Shown here: one piece after another, positions 58,730 through 64,000 of the stretch
Layout of the letters: each line of letters starts with the position of its first letter
Numbering within the stretch: the stretch's first letter is position 1
Virus record (IMG/VR): IMGVR_UViG_3300049893_000724
Span: 96,001-160,000 of that record
Length of the DNA stretch: 64,000 bases
From: a virus
Strand: one strand, 5' to 3'
Made by a program: the position numbers and the translations under genes
The notes under the pieces: model-generated
What the model was told of the DNA's origin: nothing
Database searches by the model: none
Seen by the model: the letters and a program-made list of their open reading frames with translations, nothing else

Positions 58730-58957
58730 TTAGTAAGAAGGACTCCCGATTGGATCATTTGACTTATCTCCACCGCCCCCTCCACTACCTGCAGAGAGTT
58801 CAATGTAGTTTAAATCATCTACTGTATAATCAGTCTTCATGACTCCAACCATTCGATGTAAAGTATTCCAAGTATTATGAAATTCTTCTTCTTTTAATGA
58901 ATGAAATAAACACCGATCCTTTGCATAAATGTGATATACTTTTTCTACTGCAGTCAT
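58730..58957 (-). CDS. Conserved hypothetical protein
   Basis: VYHIYAKDRCLFHSLKEEEF...W..L..MVG; ATG ORF in operon orientation. Confidence 0.7.
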   Translation of the reverse strand: MTAVEKVYHIYAKDRCLFHSLKEEEFHNTWNTLHRMVGVMKTDYTVDDLNYIELSAGSGGGGGDKSNDPIGSPSY

Positions 58958-58989
58958 AAAAAATATCTCCGGAATTTTTTCTTTCAGTT

Positions 58990-59148
58990 TTATTTTGACA
59001 CTGCATTATATATCAGCACTATGCAGAAACCCAGTGCGACAAAAAATGGGCGTGGATAACGGATCATCCAGCCCGCTAATACAACTTTCCAAAATCCCCA
59101 GTAGGGCGACCTCCGATAATATCTGCGGGGGTTTATAGGACTAATCAT
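58990..59148 (-). CDS. Small membrane protein, 52 aa; not in ORF track
   Basis: Read by hand: MISPINPRRYYRRSPYWGFWKVVLAGWMIRYPRPFFVALGFCIVLIYNAVSK. Confidence 0.6.
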   Translation of the reverse strand: MISPINPRRYYRRSPYWGFWKVVLAGWMIRYPRPFFVALGFCIVLIYNAVSK

Positions 59149-59313
59149 ACTTCCGGAAATTTTTTATGAGTGTGATATTTCGAGGTCGATTTGTCACCTC
59201 TGTAGGTTAGGGTAGTTTGGGTTTTTTAATAAGGGGGGCGCCTTTAAGAACGCAACGCCGCCGCGGCGCTATAAGAATCGGCGGCAATTAACTGCCGATT
59301 CACTATATCACCA

Positions 59314-59342
59314 AGTATAACACTGCTGCCCCACGATGTCAA
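59314..59342 (-). promoter_or_regulatory. Near-consensus sigma70 (early) promoter
   Basis: TTGACA(59342-59337)-17-TATACT(59319-59314). Confidence 0.8.
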
Positions 59343-59368
59343 CCGCAGGGCACACAGTAAGCATCACA

Positions 59369-59539
59369 TTAGAACGCGATTTCCTCCAGAGTAGGAATAC
59401 CAATCACCTGCTCAATCACGGGCGATTCGATATAATCAAAACCACCAACTTGATCACTGGCGATTGCATCCAGAATGGACATAATCTCGCTGCCAGTGTT
59501 ACCTTGTGCCAGCAGAGAAAGCATCACGGACTTGGACAT
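59369..59539 (-). CDS. Early-region hypothetical protein, 56 aa; not in ORF track
   Basis: Read by hand: MSKSVMLSLLAQGNTGSEIMSILDAIASDQVGGFDYIESPVIEQVIGIPTLEEIAF. Confidence 0.7.
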   Translation of the reverse strand: MSKSVMLSLLAQGNTGSEIMSILDAIASDQVGGFDYIESPVIEQVIGIPTLEEIAF

Positions 59540-59618
59540 AATAACGAAGGAAAGTGTTAGAAACTGTGTGGTTGGTGAGTGTCTTTATAAGGGCGCATCT
59601 CATTCCCCTTTGTTGATA

Positions 59619-59780
59619 TCAGACTGCTACATCTTCAGGCAGCAGATTTACAATGGCATCCACACCAGCGATATGCAGAGACTGTACAAATACCATCGCT
59701 TGATTGATAGTGGGGAACTCTACAGTACGCTCTACTTTGTCTTGAACGTTAGTGAAGGTGACAGTGCGAGCTTGTGTCAT
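59619..59780 (-). CDS. Early-region hypothetical protein, 53 aa; not in ORF track
   Basis: Read by hand: MTQARTVTFTNVQDKVERTVEFPTINQAMVFVQSLHIAGVDAIVNLLPEDVAV. Confidence 0.7.
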   Translation of the reverse strand: MTQARTVTFTNVQDKVERTVEFPTINQAMVFVQSLHIAGVDAIVNLLPEDVAV

Positions 59781-59816
59781 TTGAGTGTTAATGAAAGTGT
59801 GGTCAGTGAGTGTTAC

Positions 59817-60062
59817 TTAGAAGTCGAACACGTCGCTATCAATCTGGACAACATTTACAGCGGGGTCATTATAGCGAACCCCATCACCAGTTACTGCATC
59901 TGAACCAACGCAATCACAGAAGGTTTGATAATCACCACACTCTTGGGCGAGGTGATACAAACCCTCATCATTGTTGATCCAGAGAGCAACATTCCAGGTC
60001 TCATAATTCTCCCAACCGTTATACTCAGTATCGGTCAGATTTGCTTGGAAAGTGGTGCTCAC
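59817..60062 (-). CDS. Early-region hypothetical protein (YNGW.NYETWNVALWI.NDEGLY family)
   Basis: Recognisable phage motif; GTG start at 60062 downstream of repeat copy 1. Confidence 0.75.
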   Translation of the reverse strand: MSTTFQANLTDTEYNGWENYETWNVALWINNDEGLYHLAQECGDYQTFCDCVGSDAVTGDGVRYNDPAVNVVQIDSDVFDF

Positions 60063-60081
60063 TGTGTGTTGGTTCGTCCTT

Positions 60082-60120
60082 ACACTATAGAGACACTTTA
60101 AGTGGCTCAGTAACACTCAC
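60082..60120 (-). repeat. Early-region element copy 1 (invariant 19-mer at 60093-60111)
   Basis: ACTGAGCCACTTAAAGTGT followed after 5 nt by TAGTGT. Confidence 0.95.
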
Positions 60121-60136
60121 TCAGCAACCCTGGGTG

Positions 60137-60310
60137 TTACCAACGATCAGGACAGCTGAGATCTTCGACATAAGCTTCGACACGCTCAGCTGGTTCCAAT
60201 TTGAATAACTTCTCCCAGTCAATCTGATGTGGGTCGAAGTCAGGAAACGCGGAGATGTCCAGCGTGATTCTATAACGAACCTTCTGTGCTTGTTGATAGG
60301 CAACTGACAT
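60137..60310 (-). CDS. Early-region hypothetical protein, 57 aa
   Basis: MSVAYQQAQKVRYRITLD...IDWEKLF; AGGAG SD; promoter at 60339-60367. Confidence 0.75.
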   Translation of the reverse strand: MSVAYQQAQKVRYRITLDISAFPDFDPHQIDWEKLFKLEPAERVEAYVEDLSCPDRW

Positions 60311-60338
60311 AAGTGCGCTCCTTTGGTGTTCTTGAAAT

Positions 60339-60367
60339 AGTCTAAGATACCTGGGAATTATTGTCAA
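60339..60367 (-). promoter_or_regulatory. sigma70-like early promoter
   Basis: TTGACA(60367-60362)-17-TAGACT(60344-60339). Confidence 0.7.
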
Positions 60368-60439
60368 CGTCCTGGGGAGTATTTATCGGCATCGGTGGAT
60401 TTATGCGGGGGATCTGTGGGGATTTTGTGACGTTGGGGG

Positions 60440-60469
60440 TTGACGGATTTATGGCGGTCGTGTTATAAT
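60440..60469 (+). promoter_or_regulatory. Strong plus-strand sigma70-like promoter with no downstream ORF
   Basis: TTGACG(60440-60445)-18-TATAAT(60464-60469), extended TGn at 60461-60463. Confidence 0.7.
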
Positions 60470-60661
60470 GCGTTCGCTAAGATCACAAGACTTCAGCACA
60501 TTAAAAGCACACAAATACACCCACTAATTCTCAACAATACACCTAAATGATTCTCAATTACTAACACTTATTGAGAATAAGATAAAACGTTCATTTATAT
60601 TTTTAATTACATTTTTTAATTGATTTAATACGTTTTTAACCATAAATCAATCAAAAAGCAT

Positions 60662-60684
60662 AAAAAAAGGGGGTGTAATCCCCT
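60662..60684 (-). terminator. Rho-independent terminator closing an early operon
   Basis: Minus strand AGGGG-ATTACAC-CCCCT followed by T7. Confidence 0.7.
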
Positions 60685-60689
60685 CTGAG

Positions 60690-60827
60690 TTAGTATGTCA
60701 TAATAGATGCAATCGTACCTGCTCGTATATAGAAATCAACCATTCTTTCTGCTTCATTGTAGGTATTAAACCCTTGAAACTTCCACCCTTGAGAATAAGG
60801 ACAGAACCAGCGAATCGTTGTTCTCAT
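60690..60827 (-). CDS. Early-region hypothetical protein, 45 aa; not in ORF track
   Basis: Read by hand: MRTTIRWFCPYSQGWKFQGFNTYNEAERMVDFYIRAGTIASIMTY; AGGAG SD. Confidence 0.65.
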   Translation of the reverse strand: MRTTIRWFCPYSQGWKFQGFNTYNEAERMVDFYIRAGTIASIMTY

Positions 60828-60842
60828 TGTGTTAAACTCCTA

Positions 60843-61061
60843 TCAGTTAAGTACACTTTCCACCATATCATTCACATAGTCTTCATCATAAAAGAGTGAA
60901 ATCTCTTCGATCAGTTCATCTGGAGTTGAGCAACTTTCACGCAGATTCAGTTCAAGTTGTTCGCTTGCAAATTGTACCAAACTGTCGAGATCCATACCAT
61001 CAACAATCTGCTCAATGTAGTTAGCAAGCAGTTTATCGTATTGGTCTTGAGTAAGTTCCAT
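60843..61061 (-). CDS. Early-region acidic hypothetical protein
   Basis: 72 aa; Y.EQIVDGMDLDSLVQFA motif. Confidence 0.75.
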   Translation of the reverse strand: MELTQDQYDKLLANYIEQIVDGMDLDSLVQFASEQLELNLRESCSTPDELIEEISLFYDEDYVNDMVESVLN

Positions 61062-61078
61062 TTTGTTTGTGTAATGTT

Positions 61079-61252
61079 TCAGGAATGAGAGTGAAGAATG
61101 TCTAGCATTTGTTGGTGAAACTTGTCTGCCTCACGAACCACATTTGCTGCCTCTGATACATCTTCAATCTCATACTTTGTCATCTCCAGAGAATGAATCA
61201 CATTAGAGAGAAGGTCAGTCAGTGCCTCAACTTTTTGTGCGTCAGTCATCAT
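61079..61252 (-). CDS. Early-region hypothetical protein, 57 aa; not in ORF track
   Basis: Read by hand: MMTDAQKVEALTDLLSNVIHSLEMTKYEIEDVSEAANVVREADKFHQQMLDILHSHS; AAGGAG SD. Confidence 0.7.
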   Translation of the reverse strand: MMTDAQKVEALTDLLSNVIHSLEMTKYEIEDVSEAANVVREADKFHQQMLDILHSHS

Positions 61253-61266
61253 CAATCTCCTTATGT

Positions 61267-61581
61267 TCAGTTCAGACGCATACCAGAGAAGAAAGGAATT
61301 GGGGCACCTTGATAGTTAATGAACCACTGGCCTTTCTTCTGAAAGACATACTCATTGTCACAGCCATGCACTTTCAAAATAGCATTGAGGCGGGACTTTG
61401 TGGTTGCTGATTGATAACCACCATCGAACAATTCAATCCAAGTTTCACCAATGCGGGCAATCAGATTACCGTACAGAAACACATCAGAAACATTGGAAAA
61501 GTTGATGACTTCAGTATTATCTTTCTTCCAATCTTGTGATGCAGTGATGGCATCATTCATTTGCTTTTCGATGACTCGCAT
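61267..61581 (-). CDS. Early-region conserved hypothetical protein
   Basis: MRVIEKQMNDAI...LYGNLIA...DGGYQSATTKSRLNAIL...FQKKGQWF; first gene after repeat copy 2. Confidence 0.8.
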   Translation of the reverse strand: MRVIEKQMNDAITASQDWKKDNTEVINFSNVSDVFLYGNLIARIGETWIELFDGGYQSATTKSRLNAILKVHGCDNEYVFQKKGQWFINYQGAPIPFFSGMRLN

Positions 61582-61600
61582 TGTGAGAAGTGTTGTGCTT

Positions 61601-61642
61601 ATACTACTGGTACACTTTAAGTGGCTCAGTAACTGTTACTCA
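61601..61642 (-). repeat. Early-region element copy 2 (19-mer at 61612-61630)
   Basis: TGAGTAACAGTTACTGAGCCACTTAAAGTGTACCAGTAGTAT. Confidence 0.95.
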
Positions 61643-61764
61643 GCAGGTGAGATAATGTCAGCAACTGTGCGTAAAGTGTTGGCAGTGAGCGATCTTGTAG
61701 AAGGTGAAAAGACAAGTGCCATAATGAAAATCAATGCAAGAACTTTCATCTTCTTTCTTTTCAT
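61636..61764 (-). CDS. Small hydrophobic/signal-anchor protein, 42 aa; not in ORF track
   Basis: Read by hand: MKRKKMKVLALIFIMALVFSPSTRSLTANTLRTVADIISPAE; its TAA lies in the repeat palindrome. Confidence 0.6.
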   Translation of the reverse strand: MKRKKMKVLALIFIMALVFSPSTRSLTANTLRTVADIISPAE

Positions 61765-61767
61765 TCT

Positions 61768-61929
61768 TCAGAAGTATTGGCGGCAGTATTGTGATTCATT
61801 CCACCCGTCACGTTCATAACGTCGGGCATCATAATCATCGGCATCCATTAGATCATCGTGTTCGCAATCCTCATAATAAGCATCAAACTTTGAGTAGGAA
61901 TCACCATTGTAAAATGAAGTTGTAGTCAT
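61768..61929 (-). CDS. Small Asp/Tyr-rich protein, 53 aa; not in ORF track
   Basis: Read by hand: MTTTSFYNGDSYSKFDAYYEDCEHDDLMDADDYDARRYERDGWNESQYCRQYF. Confidence 0.6.
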   Translation of the reverse strand: MTTTSFYNGDSYSKFDAYYEDCEHDDLMDADDYDARRYERDGWNESQYCRQYF

Positions 61930-61931
61930 AG

Positions 61932-62168
61932 TCAAAAAGTATTCAGAACGTGAACAAAATCAAGAGAAAAAACACACCAACCAACATAATCTGTCACCTC
62001 TTCGACTAATGCTTGAGCGATGGTTTCATCGGTGTCAGTATCATCAACTTCCACCTCGAAAGTATTACCAATCACAGAATTGATGACTTCTTGTTGTTCA
62101 TCAACAGTGAAATCTTCATCATCAAAATCAAACAAAACCTCTGTGACTTGCAGTGTTAAGGTTTTCAT
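61932..62168 (-). CDS. Early-region acidic hypothetical protein
   Basis: MKTLTLQVTEVLFDFDDEDF...LVEEVTDYVGWCV; TGATG coupling. Confidence 0.7.
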   Translation of the reverse strand: MKTLTLQVTEVLFDFDDEDFTVDEQQEVINSVIGNTFEVEVDDTDTDETIAQALVEEVTDYVGWCVFSLDFVHVLNTF

Positions 62169-62446
62169 CAACATGCACCATAGAAAGGATTACCAAGTTG
62201 TGGAAGGTTTGTATTATCGGCAGTCACAAGATAATTGTGTGCTAGACGCTCACGAATTGCGATTGCTTTCTCTACACGATTCAGATACTTTTTCGACATC
62301 TGATCAATACCTTGCCAGGAAAGAACTTGCAAACACCACTCCTTTGAGATGTCACCGTAAGGTGTTTTGACGGGATAAAATGATACGACCATCGTACCAT
62401 CTTTAGAGTGAAGTGTAGGAAACTCAGTCATCGTTGAAGTGCTCAT
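62168..62446 (-). CDS. Early-region hypothetical protein
   Basis: PTLHSKDGTMVVSFYPVKTP...NLPQLGNPFYGAC; first gene after repeat copy 3. Confidence 0.75.
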   Translation of the reverse strand: MSTSTMTEFPTLHSKDGTMVVSFYPVKTPYGDISKEWCLQVLSWQGIDQMSKKYLNRVEKAIAIRERLAHNYLVTADNTNLPQLGNPFYGAC

Positions 62447-62486
62447 ACTATAGGGACACTTTAAGTGGCTCAGTAACAGTTACTCA
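62445..62486 (-). repeat. Early-region element copy 3 (19-mer at 62456-62474)
   Basis: TGAGTAACTGTTACTGAGCCACTTAAAGTGTCCCTATAGTAT. Confidence 0.95.
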
Positions 62487-62663
62487 AAGACCGTTGATGT
62501 ACTCTCTGAGTTCAGCATCATACTCCTCTTGAGTGTTAAAAATACGACCGTGAATGTTGAGAGGAAACTTCTTCTCAACACCAGCAGCTGCAACCATTTG
62601 GCAGTCTGCTTCATCGTAACCCATTTCGATGAGGTTCTGAACGTAGGGATTGTAATGTGTCAT
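62484..62663 (-). CDS. Early-region hypothetical protein, 59 aa; not in ORF track
   Basis: Read by hand: MTHYNPYVQNLIEMGYDEADCQMVAAAGVEKKFPLNIHGRIFNTQEEYDAELREYINGL; sole gene between copies 4 and 3. Confidence 0.7.
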   Translation of the reverse strand: MTHYNPYVQNLIEMGYDEADCQMVAAAGVEKKFPLNIHGRIFNTQEEYDAELREYINGL

Positions 62664-62694
62664 ACTACTGGTACACTTTAAGTGGCTCAGTTAC
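62662..62694 (-). repeat. Early-region element copy 4 (19-mer at 62673-62691)
   Basis: GTAACTGAGCCACTTAAAGTGTACCAGTAGTAT. Confidence 0.95.
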
Positions 62695-62834
62695 TTAAAC
62701 GATACGTTGACACCTACAACTTTTGCTGTAGGATTGCGAGCGAGTGCAGTTTCCCGTGCATCTTTTGCAGAGTTTGCTTGCACTTCCTCCTTGAAGACTT
62801 TGCCACCAACGTATAACTCAACAATGTATTTCAT
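62691..62834 (-). CDS. Early-region hypothetical protein, 47 aa; not in ORF track
   Basis: Read by hand: MKYIVELYVGGKVFKEEVQANSAKDARETALARNPTAKVVGVNVSFK. Confidence 0.75.
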   Translation of the reverse strand: MKYIVELYVGGKVFKEEVQANSAKDARETALARNPTAKVVGVNVSFK

Positions 62835-63031
62835 AGTGTTTGGAATGGTTGGACTTCTTTGATGTCAGAATTGAAAAACTTTTGAATGATGCTATCAATC
62901 ACAGGATACCATTGTTCGTTATCACTCGGATAGCCACATTCTCGTGCTTGATTGAGAAACTTCAAGATGCAAGTTTCCTCATTTGCAGTGAACTTAACGC
63001 GATTGAAAGTGTAACCAGTGTGTTCAGTCAT
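62831..63031 (-). CDS. Early-region hypothetical protein
   Basis: 66 aa ORF with 4-nt start/stop overlaps on both sides. Confidence 0.7.
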   Translation of the reverse strand: MTEHTGYTFNRVKFTANEETCILKFLNQARECGYPSDNEQWYPVIDSIIQKFFNSDIKEVQPFQTL

Positions 63032-63294
63032 TTGTTGTTAAGATTGCGGGAATTGATTTCTTCTTCGATGAGATCAAACACTTGCGTGTAGATGTAATCA
63101 TAGTCTTCGACTTCGTTGAGAATATCGAACGCAACTTCACGATCTACAGGTACTTGATCGCCACCATCTTCGCTCCATACGAATACATCTTCATTGGTGA
63201 AGATAAATGCAGCAGCGGGTGCATCTTCTCCCTGTTGTTCGATCAGTCGATTAACACGATCACGAAGATGTGCTAGGGTATTGTTGTTTGCCAT
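63028..63294 (-). CDS. Early-region hypothetical protein
   Basis: 88 aa; LIEQQGEDAP.AA.IFT.EDVF motif; TGATG coupling. Confidence 0.75.
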   Translation of the reverse strand: MANNNTLAHLRDRVNRLIEQQGEDAPAAAFIFTNEDVFVWSEDGGDQVPVDREVAFDILNEVEDYDYIYTQVFDLIEEEINSRNLNNK

Positions 63295-63428
63295 CAGATA
63301 AACTCTTCGAGGTAGTAATCAAGAGGAAGTCCAAGCTCTGCTGCTTGTTGTTCCCATTCGGTCCATTCTTCGGGAGAAGCATCATTGAAGAAGTCTTCCC
63401 GAGTATAATCAAAAACAGGTCCGCACAT
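63294..63428 (-). CDS. Small acidic protein, 44 aa; not in ORF track
   Basis: Read by hand: MCGPVFDYTREDFFNDASPEEWTEWEQQAAELGLPLDYYLEEFI. Confidence 0.65.
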   Translation of the reverse strand: MCGPVFDYTREDFFNDASPEEWTEWEQQAAELGLPLDYYLEEFI

Positions 63429-63430
63429 AA

Positions 63431-63574
63431 TCACTTTTTGTTGCGAGGGTTAATGTCAATCAGTCGGTCAAGTGCATCACCAAGAGTAGAGCGAACTTGC
63501 TCATCTTTCAGTGATACAAACTCATACGCTTCGTAGAGTTTGATGTAAAGATCATCCCATTGAGTTTGTGTCAT
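63431..63574 (-). CDS. Early-region hypothetical protein, 47 aa; not in ORF track
   Basis: Read by hand: MTQTQWDDLYIKLYEAYEFVSLKDEQVRSTLGDALDRLIDINPRNKK. Confidence 0.7.
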   Translation of the reverse strand: MTQTQWDDLYIKLYEAYEFVSLKDEQVRSTLGDALDRLIDINPRNKK

Positions 63575-63580
63575 TATCAA

Positions 63581-63829
63581 TCAGGCAGGAAGAATACAAA
63601 AGGTGCCACAGAAACGACGAACCCATTGTAGAGTTTCGTGGTAAGATGTGCGGGGGTTGCTCATCTCCATCGTAGAACCATTCTGAGGATTGTGTGCAAC
63701 AGCAACATAAAGATTGTCGCACTCTTTATCAGTAATCTGCTCAATCCACATTTGATTGACTTTACCTTCCTTCCAATTTGTGTGGTAGGAGTAGACTTCG
63801 GAGACGATCATCGGTTGAGTTGCGTTCAT
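63581..63829 (-). CDS. Early-region hypothetical protein
   Basis: YSYHTNWKEGKVNQMWIEQI...YVAVAHNPQNGSTMEMSNPR; first gene after repeat copy 5. Confidence 0.75.
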   Translation of the reverse strand: MNATQPMIVSEVYSYHTNWKEGKVNQMWIEQITDKECDNLYVAVAHNPQNGSTMEMSNPRTSYHETLQWVRRFCGTFCILPA

Positions 63830-63866
63830 ACTACTGGTACACTTTAAGTGGCTCAGTAACTGTTAC
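63828..63866 (-). repeat. Early-region element copy 5 (19-mer at 63839-63857)
   Basis: GTAACAGTTACTGAGCCACTTAAAGTGTACCAGTAGTAT. Confidence 0.95.
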
Positions 63867-64000
63867 CCATTTCTTCCATACCAAGCAAGAAACCCAATAA
63901 TTGCAGCAACTGGTATAACAATCCACCAGTATTCTACAATCAACCAAATACCAAACACAATTGCCGCTAACCATACATAACCCTCAACATCTCCATCAGA
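63863..64000 (-). CDS. Membrane protein, 5'-truncated by window edge
   Basis: Open frame ...YVWLAAIVFGIWLIVEYWWIVIPVAAIIGFLAWYGRNG-stop, two hydrophobic segments. Confidence 0.6.
   Translation of the reverse strand, partial: SDGDVEGYVWLAAIVFGIWLIVEYWWIVIPVAAIIGFLAWYGRNG

Noticed and set aside
59203-59238. Telomere-like TTAGGG / G-rich tract
   Set aside because: Single copy only; treated as part of the structured-leader finding.
59336-59903. Plus-strand ORFs of 74 and 142 aa
   Set aside because: They overlap two well-formed minus-strand ORFs that match the operon direction; no promoter or SD.
60093-63857. Five identical 19-mers as a CRISPR array
   Set aside because: Spacing is 217-1519 bp and filled with intact ORFs, there are no uniform 30-40 bp spacers, and no cas genes.
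61601-63866. Repeat element as an integron attC site (stop codon inside TAAC, nearby GTT)
   Set aside because: Too short, no RYYYAAC/GTTRRRY pair with L boxes, identical rather than structurally conserved copies, and no integrase in the window.
61601-63866. Canonical NtcA binding site
   Set aside because: Half-sites are GTA-N5-TAC, not GTA-N8-TAC; at N8 spacing the upstream triplet is TGA or TGG.
1-64000. tRNA genes, reverse transcriptase/DGR, photosynthesis genes
   Set aside because: No T-loop/cloverleaf in intergenic DNA, no YxDD RT ORF or TR/VR pair, and no psbA/hli motifs seen by eye; tRNAscan-SE would be the decisive check.

Overview
The window is a 64-kb piece of a T4-like cyanomyovirus (Kyanoviridae-like) genome. 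The assignment rests on gene content and order: gp45, a cobS-like AAA gene, gp46/47, gp55, uvsW/Y, gp3, gp23-gp13, a VrlC-like protein, gp8/7/6/25. A freshwater lineage is my recollection-based guess from the GIGT-rich structural proteins. Essentially all genes are on the minus strand. Read in transcription order (right to left) there are four blocks: (i) an early region of many tiny ORFs (59.3-64 kb) punctuated by five copies of an identical 19-bp element with a -10 box in fixed register, (ii) a small cluster with a GT-A glycosyltransferase-like and an ATP-grasp-like gene (56.5-59.1 kb), (iii) the virion morphogenesis block (11.7-56.5 kb) and (iv) replication/recombination/late-transcription genes (0-11.7 kb). 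I saw no tRNA, CRISPR array, integrase, reverse transcriptase, intein or intron. The leads most worth checking are the repeated early promoter/cassette element, an ORF-less strong plus-strand promoter with an AT-rich inverted-repeat region (candidate origin or ncRNA), the AAA+/VWA-metallopeptidase pair sharing a stem-loop promoter design, the ATP-grasp/GT cluster, and a modular basic polyprotein with gp21-type cleavage sites. All family assignments are by motif recognition and synteny, not database searches.
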